From positions 62,001-126,000 of the IMG/VR virus record IMGVR_UViG_3300042889_001503: a stretch of DNA of 64,000 nucleotides. One strand, 5' to 3'. The position numbers were made by a program, and so were the translations under genes. The notes under the pieces were generated by a model. It was not told the DNA's origin. It saw nothing but the letters and a program-made list of their open reading frames with translations, and made no database searches. Of this stretch, positions 49,701-57,505 are shown piece by piece. Positions within the stretch are counted from its first letter, which is position 1. The number at the start of each line of letters is the position of its first letter.

Positions 49701-50648
49701 TCTCAAAGTGGGTTGTTGCAATCTCAATCATTCAATTATAGTAATACTGATTTGAAACAAGATTGGGGACCATCCGTGGAGACATTCTTTACAACAAAAA
49801 AATATTATTGTAGTGATTCAAATATTCCTTATATTACATTTAAAAGTTTGAGTCAAAATATTGATTTTTTAATTTCAAGATATAAAGATAGAGTTGGTAA
49901 AATTAATAGTATTAGTGCTAAAGATATTACTAAATTTTTAATATTATATGGTGAAAGCGGTATTTCACCGGAGACAGAATATACAACTCTAAACCCGACT
50001 GACGTGACAACAATTGAAAATAATGTTCAAAACGCTATTAATGTTTATAATCCAACAAGTGGGAATAATACTAATCAAACACCTCCGGCGACAACACCGG
50101 CACCAACAGCAATACCACCAACAACTAGTGGGGATAAAGGTATTCTTGAAGAGTCGTTAGTTTTAAACACTTATTTTTTTAAAAATTTAAAAATAAATAG
50201 TAATGGGTCTTTAAGTGGTGATTTTGTTATTCTTAGTAATGGTAATATTTTAAGTCAATCATATCCTGCTAAATTATATCTTCCGGGTCAAATGGATTTA
50301 GTTGAAATTGCTACTTTTACTATGAACACTAATAAAAATAATACAGGTTCATTCATAACTAATGCTAACGTTATTGAGGCGATAGAACTAGTTCGTAATG
50401 ATAATACTTATCAAAATGCTTTTATTGTTAAAATTAATGCGTTTTCAGATTTAAGATTTGTACGTAATAAGGTCATTATGCCGTTGGATTGTCCTGGTGA
50501 AGGATTTACGTATCGTCAAATAATTGATGTTGGTGATTGGGATGCAATTAAAGATGACATATGTTGTAATTGTTACCCTAATCCGTATACCGGTATGGAA
50601 ATTATTTGGGATGGAAAACCTTGTTCTAAGAATGGAACAAAATGTTAA
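43725..50648 (+). CDS. Giant baseplate hub protein (gp27/late-control-D-like fold with large insertions)
   Basis: 2307 aa. N-terminal LGITSINI...P.I.ITLVDVKG and late SCTVSMMGNAMIQP.MYF.L..VPMFSG.Y.I.KV.HSI.PG.F.T.F.G.R hub motifs. Confidence 0.65.
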   Translation: MVGKPENILVEFDYNNITIIDPNKVVDSDNKVKDRFVKQEDLVMYANLECSVLPRTKLALGTANNDSIRTVSIAKINFLKPGDKPYLDNSYTDEITGKGAIRGEGVNQPTFQSITNPNNSDDFYLKQTISSGGKPGAVDNGLLGITSINIRQGLDFLPTIDITLVDVKGRALFEAGDNSPYAAFFNLPYPLFHLTIKGYFGKAVRLGLMLQNFTTTYDSNTANFTIALKFYTYKYTVLSDVTMGALLATPHMYQSRFNITRTSGGPSTTTKTDNVVVERGYQKIVEMYSEYKSKGLIPNDFPEITLMQMKDRIENFIKNVLDSFTKQNLDPLTNLDTYGTQLRDYQKEVFYTVKTSWFNEFMDTENYYILNKLDTKVYTFKKNLDPQKKSDAISKLKGLIGKYNTLLNENVTCGNVNGKGSYTINGKVTKCSIPNSVKYETKGVFTIDINPNDINLTETYKLQKKNSQPTPEDLTKFQAELATTNLFNNTEITLKNGAKEVVQNYFVFEGKGSFIDLTDKMNTLLTTNRGLVEDELTKALAELLENKDNGIGFVPTIRNVLAVVFANGEAFLRLMDDVHTKAWEQRDSKIRKGVIFDKQIANASADNKSSGDDKNQPVYPWPQVIKETTGENGQEKYELRYPGDSDIVGETKGYLYDVWPEIEFVEEFIKGLTQKTPPPQPPAKTSNDTKDTNRVSLGAIEFPISNEVYQNKVISKFIYEIYERVLLTSHYSKLDRTNVSTSEADKIANVIGEGENINISKSVSDNSDVELIKTLKEYNLNSSNFQSVLKHISNEGVSVSWQNYIRGIFNTGYIKNTVENASFEFKTSDEINDSKSQPLVSLSNEKDIVDYVATSTTSNKYDFTDTYPFTDKTWVKGNLANGVSTDETLAFNTTKTLIYNPNKKVISNFSDIQSEDVKKPITNFVYKNVVMPTIVDDDLRNFYSTRTYTNQLPTEGDVKYLNYSGLVSSYQTTSIFNTPYFINSIQEGVVNSINQDANPYISSAYLFINSLPLSTLREKYKTYTGNDTNYSDENLDYIFASMKKYAALHKVPYAWILKIGSIWHRYKKYVNTNVDILDNCWKKFDAVKNYDPVNNSASTVYNFTIPGQVSATTMVLETTNIIPTFSIPMGATNVQTIINTGFYPKLINDFNVFYQGYNVYTGYTSSDIQNGFSEGILLNYVPEAVINNVTGTTTGNSQTISVIPWSVSIVADYGQYIYILPSHGGLINQTKNECFDTSDNLVYQVTGNTAMYNGSARLFWGSPNYGYFDNTKVIKPEPIHYLKQIFSGQEAQENFSINGLSQDYTKISEIFSVFDRDALDNFETEFLNFSISIYDYETDINSTDTETQKSFKNFQSLMRNMMKIPNTATNNVEWVENIQNKQLSNISNIINQFLNYDVYFKLGNPSSFNKQLFYTFSSNHRIETPVTWDYYNYMTPNSLPTGRTLNNSITTYPLEWAALETYVGFSEIPQLTYKDGGSYITDFFIDCNVAFDVYNIEKLAPIIKIYATQKLKDNTLNYEKFVKLMNDYLDNLDLFNNRIINNLMIKLQKSLPNVNFTPQTKPETVLESKQTKLELWESFKATNDKWISGTDFKEKTLFEDVLLLDRASRDVGNLVLVDVQKLKDDLKEINVASTMLTYIQTILVRNNFVVMNIPSYVNFYNVQDAVKNPKPKPEGTLEFANTLFGTFMNVDYRNSSAKMVCFYAGKPSEQLDLKENVDYRYRNDAFDLRRVDNPLVENQIGKNDWDKSNKVVGFNVDFGPQNQSIFHGFNISQNPGLATAESLEVLNQMANQSNNRGGATQNTSLYNLYKNRSYSCTVSMMGNAMIQPTMYFNLRHVPMFSGPYMIQKVNHSITPGHFDTTFEGIRQPTASLPKLDNYIQSLKTTLLQSIIDENKKNKQEKEKAALSATTTNSITQNAAVVSDSVDQDGTTQSNSQKCPPSKVKNDKYVKFIATDTKNATSATYKEVVDIISTKTTDQKIRYAVFAKMYLSSSQSGLLQSQSFNYSNTDLKQDWGPSVETFFTTKKYYCSDSNIPYITFKSLSQNIDFLISRYKDRVGKINSISAKDITKFLILYGESGISPETEYTTLNPTDVTTIENNVQNAINVYNPTSGNNTNQTPPATTPAPTAIPPTTSGDKGILEESLVLNTYFFKNLKINSNGSLSGDFVILSNGNILSQSYPAKLYLPGQMDLVEIATFTMNTNKNNTGSFITNANVIEAIELVRNDNTYQNAFIVKINAFSDLRFVRNKVIMPLDCPGEGFTYRQIIDVGDWDAIKDDICCNCYPNPYTGMEIIWDGKPCSKNGTKC

Positions 50649-50693
50649 ATTAAATTTTTCTTAACTAACAGATATTTATATATAAAAAAGATT

Positions 50694-50918
50694 ATGGATA
50701 CAAAATCATTATTAGAGAATTACTTAGGTAAAAAAACTCGTACTACTGAAAAAGATATGGGTAACGGTTCAAAACAAATTTGTGATTTAGAGTCAGGAGA
50801 TTGTTATACAATTAGAATGAAAGATGGTCTAATAGAAAGAGTTGACAATACAATGAGTCAAAATAGAAAAATTCAAGTTGAAACAACAACTGGTGTAAAA
50901 CAATTATTAAACGGATAA
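50694..50918 (+). CDS. Small hypothetical protein
   Basis: 74-aa ORF with upstream TATTTAT, containing a C-x6-C pair. Confidence 0.6.
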   Translation: MDTKSLLENYLGKKTRTTEKDMGNGSKQICDLESGDCYTIRMKDGLIERVDNTMSQNRKIQVETTTGVKQLLNG

Positions 50919-50919
50919 A

Positions 50920-51576
50920 ATGAAAAAAATAGACAATAGGATTTTAGAAGAGATTGCTAGATATAATTCAATTAATAATTATATTGTAGAGCAAGACGCT
51001 ACATTACCTCCACCACCGGGTGAAGACCCAAACGCTTTACCACCGGCAGGAGGTGCTCCGGCACCTGTTGACCCAAGTATGGCGGCACCGGCAGCACCTA
51101 CAGGACCTCAACCTGTGGATTTATCCAATGACCCTGATGTTGAAAAAGTTGAGGGTGATGGAGAAACAGGTAAAACTGAAGAAATGGATATTACTGATTT
51201 AGTAAAATCTCAGAAAAAAGTTGAACAAAAACAAGAGGAATATTTTGATAACCTATTCCAACATTTAGATAATTTAGAATCTAAGTTAGGTGAAATGGAC
51301 GGTATTATGACTAAGTTAAATGACTTAGAAATGAAAATTGAAAAATATAGAGAAAAAACTCCTCAAGAAAGATTAGAATTAAGAACATTAGATTCAGGAC
51401 CATTCAATCAAAAATTAAGTCAATTCTTTGATGATAAGGAAGAGGATATGGAAAAATCAGGAAAAAATGAGTATGTTTTAACTCAAGATGAGGTTCAAGA
51501 TTATTCACCAATCGAAATTAAAAAAACATTTAGAAATTTTGATGATTCTTCATCAGGGTTCCAACAAGTAAGATAA
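50920..51576 (+). CDS. Acidic coiled-coil protein (possible prohead core/internal protein)
   Basis: ILEE/IVEQ leader, Pro/Ala/Gly linker, heptad LDNLESKLGEMDGIMTKLNDLEMKIEK. Confidence 0.5.
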   Translation: MKKIDNRILEEIARYNSINNYIVEQDATLPPPPGEDPNALPPAGGAPAPVDPSMAAPAAPTGPQPVDLSNDPDVEKVEGDGETGKTEEMDITDLVKSQKKVEQKQEEYFDNLFQHLDNLESKLGEMDGIMTKLNDLEMKIEKYREKTPQERLELRTLDSGPFNQKLSQFFDDKEEDMEKSGKNEYVLTQDEVQDYSPIEIKKTFRNFDDSSSGFQQVR

Positions 51577-51578
51577 TT

Positions 51579-51606
51579 AAAAGGGTCTTAGTACCCTTTT
51601 TTTTTT
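51579..51606 (+). terminator. Rho-independent terminator
   Basis: aaaagggt-cttagt-accctttt followed by a T run. Confidence 0.85.
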
Positions 51607-51616
51607 ACAAAACAAT

Positions 51617-51645
51617 TTGACAAACACACGGCTGACACTTATACT
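51617..51645 (+). promoter_or_regulatory. Putative early promoter of the replication operon
   Basis: TTGACA (51617-51622), 17-nt spacer, TATACT (51640-51645). Confidence 0.7.
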
Positions 51646-51674
51646 TTTATAAACCTTTAAATATTTTAAACACT

Positions 51675-52529
51675 ATGGCGACAAATTCATTAGACGCAGT
51701 TTTGGCTCAATACGAGAAAGCAAAACAAGGTAGTACTTCTTCTACCTCAAAATTTACACAAGAAGAAAGAATGAAAAAATACTTCGCGGCTATCCTTTCA
51801 GATAAGGAAACTCAAGGTCAACGAAGATTAAGAATCTTACCAACTACAGATGGTTCTTCACCATTTAAAGAAGTTTGGTACCACGAGATTCAAGTTGATG
51901 GAAAATTCCAAAAATTTTATGACCCGGGAAAAAATGACAATGAACGTTCACCTTTAACTGAGGTTTACGAAGAACTTCGTTCGACAGGTAATGAAAATGA
52001 CAAAAAATTGTCATCTACTTATTTATCACGTAAATTCTACATTGTTAAAGTTATCGATAGAGATAACGAAGAAGATGGAGTTAAATTTTGGAGATTTAAA
52101 TCTAACTACAAAAATGAGGGTATCTATGACAAAATCATCCCTATCTACAGAAACAAAGGAGATATTGCTGACCCTGAAAAAGGGAGAGACCTTATCCTTG
52201 AATTAACAAAAGCTAAAACTCCAAAAGGGGCGGTTTACACGGTAATTCAGACAGTTATGTATGATGACGCGGCTCCAATTCACGAAGACACAAAACTTTC
52301 TGAAAGTTGGGTTAACGATGAATTAACTTGGGAAGATGTTTACTCTAAAAAACCGGTTGAATACTTAGAAGCTATTGCAAGAGGCGAATCTCCAAAATGG
52401 AATACTGACAAAGGTGGTTACGATTATGGTAACTCTGATGAAAGTGAAACTTCATTTGGTGGTTCTAAACCATCGGCTCCAATTGACCCACAAGCGGGCG
52501 CTGAAGAGGATGATGATATGCCATTCTAA
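51675..52529 (+). CDS. ssb: Single-stranded DNA-binding protein (T4 gp32-like)
   Basis: RLRILP, YIVKVIDR..E.DGVKFWRF, DIADPEKGRDL and acidic tail ending DDDMPF. First gene of the recA-dnaB operon. Confidence 0.75.
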   Translation: MATNSLDAVLAQYEKAKQGSTSSTSKFTQEERMKKYFAAILSDKETQGQRRLRILPTTDGSSPFKEVWYHEIQVDGKFQKFYDPGKNDNERSPLTEVYEELRSTGNENDKKLSSTYLSRKFYIVKVIDRDNEEDGVKFWRFKSNYKNEGIYDKIIPIYRNKGDIADPEKGRDLILELTKAKTPKGAVYTVIQTVMYDDAAPIHEDTKLSESWVNDELTWEDVYSKKPVEYLEAIARGESPKWNTDKGGYDYGNSDESETSFGGSKPSAPIDPQAGAEEDDDMPF

Positions 52530-52541
52530 TCAAAAAAAAAC

Positions 52542-52624
52542 TTGGACAAATAACTTGGACACTAAGACATAATTAGTGTCCAACTTGTCTAAAAAAACTC
52601 AAAAAATTAATTTAACTTAGACAT
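52542..52624. repeat. Intergenic direct and inverted repeats (TTGGACA-type) forming a long hairpin
   Basis: aacttggaca occurs twice. ttggacactaa (52555-52565) and ttagtgtccaa (52573-52583) form a perfect 11-bp inverted repeat. ttagaca lies directly before the recA start. Confidence 0.8.
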
Positions 52625-53644
52625 ATGGCGATTAAAAAACACGATTTTAAGTCCATTAAGGACAAATTCTCGACATCTGCAAAATACAAACCACAAAGGT
52701 TTTTCGACTTAGGTCCTGACTTTTTGGATGCTGTTGGTATTCCGGGACCGGCTATAGGACACTTAAATATGTTCTTGGGTCACTCAGATACAGGTAAAAC
52801 AACTGCGTTGGTGAAATGTGCTGTTGATGCTCAGAAAAAACAAATATTACCGGTATTCATTATTACCGAACAAAAGTGGTCATTTGAACACGCAAAACTT
52901 ATGGGTTTTGATTGTGAAGAAATGGTTGATGAAGAAACGGGTGAATTAGAATGGGACGGGTTCTACATCTTCAATAATAACTTTAGTTATATAGAACAAA
53001 TTACAGATTACATTAATAGTTTACTTGACGCTCAAGAGAAAGGTGAATTAGATTATAGTTTATTGTTCTTATGGGATTCTGTTGGTTCAGTTCCTTGTAA
53101 AATGACTTTTGAAGGTAAAGGTGGTAAACAACATAACGCGGCGGCGTTGGCTGACAAAATTGGTATGGGTATCAATCAAAGAATATCGGGAAGTCGTAAA
53201 GCGGATTCTAAATATGAGAATACTTTGGTTATTGTTAACCAACCTTGGGTTGAACTTCCGGATAATCCATTTGGACAACCTAAAATTAAGGCTAAAGGTG
53301 GTGAGGCGATTTGGTTGAACTCCTCATTAGTTTTCCGTTTCGGGAATGAAAAAGGTGCGGGAACAACAAAGATTACCGCGACTAAAGATAAAAGAACTAT
53401 CAAATTTGCTGTGAGAACTAAAATCTCAGTAATGAAAAACCACATCAACGGATTGGGTTATGAAGATGGTAAGATTATTGTAACACCTCACGGATTCTTG
53501 GCAGGTAAAGAAACTACCGAAGAAAAAGCGTCTATTGAGAAATACAAAAAAGAATACTCTGAATATTGGAAGAATATCATCGGAACAGATGGTGATTACG
53601 ATTTGAAAGAGGTAGAAGAAAAAGAGGTAGAAGAAAAAGAGTAG
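52625..53644 (+). CDS. uvsX: RecA/UvsX-like recombinase
   Basis: GHSDTGKTT Walker A, FLWDSVG Walker B, VIVNQ, KAKGGEAI, KNH. Confidence 0.88.
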   Translation: MAIKKHDFKSIKDKFSTSAKYKPQRFFDLGPDFLDAVGIPGPAIGHLNMFLGHSDTGKTTALVKCAVDAQKKQILPVFIITEQKWSFEHAKLMGFDCEEMVDEETGELEWDGFYIFNNNFSYIEQITDYINSLLDAQEKGELDYSLLFLWDSVGSVPCKMTFEGKGGKQHNAAALADKIGMGINQRISGSRKADSKYENTLVIVNQPWVELPDNPFGQPKIKAKGGEAIWLNSSLVFRFGNEKGAGTTKITATKDKRTIKFAVRTKISVMKNHINGLGYEDGKIIVTPHGFLAGKETTEEKASIEKYKKEYSEYWKNIIGTDGDYDLKEVEEKEVEEKE

Positions 53645-53666
53645 TAACGAATACAAACAAAAACAA

Positions 53667-54671
53667 GTGACTAAAACACTTTTGGTTGACGGAAACAATT
53701 TAGTAAAGATTGGATTCCACGGGGTTAAAGATTATTATCACAATGGAAAACACATAGGTGCCTTATGGCACTTTGTGAATACCATTAGACGTTTCATAGA
53801 CGAACAAGACTTTGATAAGGTTGTTGTTATGTGGGACGGTGATGATAACTCTTCGACTCGAAAACTTATTTATCCCCAATATAAAGAACAACGTAGAGAC
53901 AGAGACAACGAGTATAAGTTAGATTCTTTCACTGAGCAGAAAGAAAGAATCAAACAATACTTGGAGGACTGTTATATAAGACAAATCAACGTAGATAATA
54001 ACGAAGCAGATGATTTGATTGCTTACTACTGCCAAATCTCGGAGAACGAACAAAAGACCATCTATTCGGGGGATAAAGACCTTACCCAATTAATCTCGGA
54101 TAAGGTATCGGTGTTTTATCCGAGAACCAAACAAACTTATCACGTTGGAAGTAAAATCAAATGTGATTTTTACGAATTTCCGCATCAAAACATTAGAACT
54201 TATAAAATTTTATCGGGAGATAAATCGGATAATATTGATGGTATTTCAGGGTTGGGGGAGAAAACACTTATAAAGTTTTTTCCTGAGCTACTTGAAAAAC
54301 CGGTTTCAATCACCGATATTTTAGAAAAGGCAGAAACTCTACTAAAGGAGAATAAAGATAATAAGACATTACAAAATCTTTTATCCGGTAAAACTAAAAG
54401 TGGTGTTTATGGTGATGAATTTTTTGTGATAAATGAAAAAATCATAAACTTATCAAACCCATTAATTACTGATGATGCTAAAGAACTTGTTGAATTGTAT
54501 TATAAAGAAACTTTAGACCCTGATGGTAGGGGTCATAGAGGACTTATTAAGATGATGATGGAAGACGGGTTTTTTAAGTATCTACCAAAGGGGGATGATG
54601 CTTGGGTGAATTTTGTTAGACCCTTTATGAAATTAACAAGAAAAGAAAAAAGAAATTATAAAAACAATTAA
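53667..54671 (+). CDS. 5'-3' exonuclease / T4 RNase H-like flap nuclease
   Basis: LLVDGNNL, VMWDG, R..IYPQYK..R, EADDLIA, SGDKDLTQL, GDKSDNIDGISGLGEKT. GTG start. Confidence 0.92.
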   Translation: MTKTLLVDGNNLVKIGFHGVKDYYHNGKHIGALWHFVNTIRRFIDEQDFDKVVVMWDGDDNSSTRKLIYPQYKEQRRDRDNEYKLDSFTEQKERIKQYLEDCYIRQINVDNNEADDLIAYYCQISENEQKTIYSGDKDLTQLISDKVSVFYPRTKQTYHVGSKIKCDFYEFPHQNIRTYKILSGDKSDNIDGISGLGEKTLIKFFPELLEKPVSITDILEKAETLLKENKDNKTLQNLLSGKTKSGVYGDEFFVINEKIINLSNPLITDDAKELVELYYKETLDPDGRGHRGLIKMMMEDGFFKYLPKGDDAWVNFVRPFMKLTRKEKRNYKNN

Positions 54672-54679
54672 CTAAAGCT

Positions 54680-55132
54680 ATGAAAGACCAAGAATCGGTA
54701 AAATTAGAATTCTTAATGATGGTAAATGATAACATCATTGTGCAAAGATTTTTTAACGTGAGAGAGTTCAATAATGAGGGTAAAAACTCTTTGGAACTTT
54801 ACGAATTACTTCGTGAATTTAAAGACGACATTCAAAAACAATTGTCGTTGAAAACCGTAACGTATATGACGGATAATCTGTACGAAATTATTAACAATCC
54901 GGCTATTTTGGAAACGTCTAATACGGACGGTCCGGAGTACTTTAACATCTTCATCAAACAAAATGATGTGACAATTTGTCATAGACAGGTGGACGCAAAA
55001 GTATACCCTCCAAAGATAAGATATACTGTGGATGTACGCCCACACCTAAAAAACCTATTGATGAACTTGACTGACATCTTTTCATCTAAAAATTTAACAA
55101 AAAAATATCTAGATGTTACCCTAAGTGTGTAG
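54680..55132 (+). CDS. Hypothetical protein in the replication operon
   Basis: 150-aa ORF between the exonuclease and helicase genes. Confidence 0.6.
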   Translation: MKDQESVKLEFLMMVNDNIIVQRFFNVREFNNEGKNSLELYELLREFKDDIQKQLSLKTVTYMTDNLYEIINNPAILETSNTDGPEYFNIFIKQNDVTICHRQVDAKVYPPKIRYTVDVRPHLKNLLMNLTDIFSSKNLTKKYLDVTLSV

Positions 55133-55162
55133 TATTTATTATTACACTAAAAGAAAAAATAT

Positions 55163-56545
55163 ATGGCGTCAAACAAAAATTTCGAGTATCTAGGTAGCAC
55201 CTTTCAGATACAATTACTAAACCAAATCATTATCGACAAAGACTTTTCACGGTCAATTATAGATGTGATTGAAACAAGTTATTTTGAGAATAAATATTTC
55301 AAATTAATCATCCAAATGATTAAGGAGTATTATACAAAATACGAACACACACCAACCTTTGACACATTAGAACAAATTACAAAATCTGAGATACAACAAC
55401 CTCTAGCAGCAAAAATAATTATTGATACCCTTACAAAAGTTAAGGAGTCTACGCTTGAAGGGGCTGAGTTTGTGCAAGAAAAATCGATGAAGTTCTGTAA
55501 ACAACAGGAGTTACAGAAAGTAATGGTTAAAGCTCAAAAAATCATCGACACTGGTGAATTTGAGAGTTACGACACATTAGAAGAGATGGTGAGTAAAGCT
55601 CTTCAGGTTGGGGAACACGATAAGGGAACGGAAAGTGTTTTCAGCAATTTAGATGATGTTCTAAACGAGGATTATCGTCATCCGATACCAATGGGTATTC
55701 CGGGGATAGATAGACTCTTAAAAGGAGGGTTGGCTAAAGGTGAAATCGGTGTTATTTTAGCACCAACAGGTGTAGGTAAATCTACTTTACTTACAAAAAT
55801 CTCAAATCACGCATTTAATTTGGGATATAATGTGTTACAAATATTCTTTGAGGATAACCCAAAGATTATTCAACGTAAACACATTACATTATGGACAAAA
55901 ATCCATCCGGATGAATTGTCTATTAGAAAAGATGAAGTAATAACTAAAGTTCAAGAAATTAAGGAAAAAATGCCTAATGAATTGATACTTAAAAAACTTC
56001 CATCCGATACTGTAACAATGATGCAGATTAAGAATCAAATCAGAAAAATGATTTCAGAAGGAATCAAAATTGATATGGTATTATTGGACTACATTGACTG
56101 TGTGGTACCGGATAAAAACTTGGGGGATGAATGGAAATCTGAAGGGTCTGTGATGAGAGGTTTTGAATCTATGTGTCACGAACTTGATTTGGTAGGATGG
56201 ACAGCGACTCAGGGTAATAGAAGTTCAATATCGTCTGATGTTGTTACAACCGACCAAATGGGTGGGTCTATTAAAAAAGCACAGGTTGGACACGTAATCA
56301 TTTCCGTGGCTAAATCTTTACAACAAAAAGAAATGAAATTAGCAACAATCGCAATTACTAAATCACGGATTGGTGATGATGGTGTTGTCTTTGAGAATTG
56401 TAAATTTGACAATGGTATGTTGGAGATTGATACTGAAAGTTCAGTAACATTCTTAGGATTAGAAGAACAAACCGAAGAAAGAAATAGACAAAGAATCAAA
56501 GACTTGTTAGACAAGAGAAAAGAAAAAAACCAACAACAAAATTAA
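55163..56545 (+). CDS. dnaB: DnaB-family replicative helicase (T4 gp41-like)
   Basis: GGLAKGEIGVILAPTGVGKST, LLDYID, WTATQGNR, KSRIG. Confidence 0.92.
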   Translation: MASNKNFEYLGSTFQIQLLNQIIIDKDFSRSIIDVIETSYFENKYFKLIIQMIKEYYTKYEHTPTFDTLEQITKSEIQQPLAAKIIIDTLTKVKESTLEGAEFVQEKSMKFCKQQELQKVMVKAQKIIDTGEFESYDTLEEMVSKALQVGEHDKGTESVFSNLDDVLNEDYRHPIPMGIPGIDRLLKGGLAKGEIGVILAPTGVGKSTLLTKISNHAFNLGYNVLQIFFEDNPKIIQRKHITLWTKIHPDELSIRKDEVITKVQEIKEKMPNELILKKLPSDTVTMMQIKNQIRKMISEGIKIDMVLLDYIDCVVPDKNLGDEWKSEGSVMRGFESMCHELDLVGWTATQGNRSSISSDVVTTDQMGGSIKKAQVGHVIISVAKSLQQKEMKLATIAITKSRIGDDGVVFENCKFDNGMLEIDTESSVTFLGLEEQTEERNRQRIKDLLDKRKEKNQQQN

Positions 56546-56551
56546 TTTAAA

Positions 56552-57502
56552 ATGAAAGAAAAAATATTAGAACCGAATAATGACCGATTCGTTATCTTCC
56601 CTATAGAACATAACGATATATGGGAATTTTATAAACAACACCAAGCCGCGTTTTGGACGGCAGAAGAAGTGGATTTATCTAACGATATTAGAGATTGGGA
56701 AAATCTATCTGATAATGAGAGGTTCTTCCTTAAAAATGTATTAGCGTTCTTTGCGGCGTCTGATGGTATTGTTAATGAAAACTTGGCTGAGAATTTCTTA
56801 AAAGAAGTTCAATATGCTGAAGCAAAGTTCTTCTACGGATTCCAAATTATGATGGAGAACATTCACTCATTAATGTATTCATTATTGATTGATACTTACG
56901 TATCTGACGAGAAAGAAAAGGATGAATGTTTTCACGCAATTGACAGATTACCTGCCGTTCAAAAGAAAGCTAAATGGGCTCTTGATTGGATTGAAAACTC
57001 TTCATTTCAAGAAAGATTAGTGGCGTTTGCGGCGGTTGAAGGTATATTCTTCTCCGGTTCATTCTGTTCTATCTTTTGGATGAAATCAAGAGGAATTATG
57101 CAAGGATTGTGTAACGCTAATAGTCTTATTTTTAAAGATGAAAACTTACACTGTGATTTTGCTATCCATTTGATTAACAATCACGTTGAGAACAAACCAA
57201 CAGAGAAAAGAATTAAAGAAATTTTATTATCTGCGTTAGAGATTGAAAAAGAGTTTATTACTGAGTCATTACCTGTATCTTTAATAGGTATGAATTCAAA
57301 TTTGATGAAACAATATCTTGAATTTGTAACTGACGGACTATTAGTTAAGTTTGGATGTAAGAAACATTTTAATGTGGAACAACCATTCAAATTTATGGAA
57401 CAAATAGCTGTCGAGACAAAGGGTAATTTCTTTGAGTCAAGAACTATGGAATACCAAAAGGCGAAATTAGGTGAGTCATTAACATTTACAGAAGATTTTT
57501 AA
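56552..57502 (+). CDS. nrdB: Class Ia ribonucleotide reductase beta subunit
   Basis: [52 protein letters not shown]. Confidence 0.97.
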   Translation: MKEKILEPNNDRFVIFPIEHNDIWEFYKQHQAAFWTAEEVDLSNDIRDWENLSDNERFFLKNVLAFFAASDGIVNENLAENFLKEVQYAEAKFFYGFQIMMENIHSLMYSLLIDTYVSDEKEKDECFHAIDRLPAVQKKAKWALDWIENSSFQERLVAFAAVEGIFFSGSFCSIFWMKSRGIMQGLCNANSLIFKDENLHCDFAIHLINNHVENKPTEKRIKEILLSALEIEKEFITESLPVSLIGMNSNLMKQYLEFVTDGLLVKFGCKKHFNVEQPFKFMEQIAVETKGNFFESRTMEYQKAKLGESLTFTEDF

Positions 57503-57505
57503 AAT

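Noticed and set aside
53606-53641. 15-bp tandem duplication at the end of the recombinase gene (KEVEEKEVEEKE)
   Set aside because: A short slippage duplication in an acidic tail with no evidence of function
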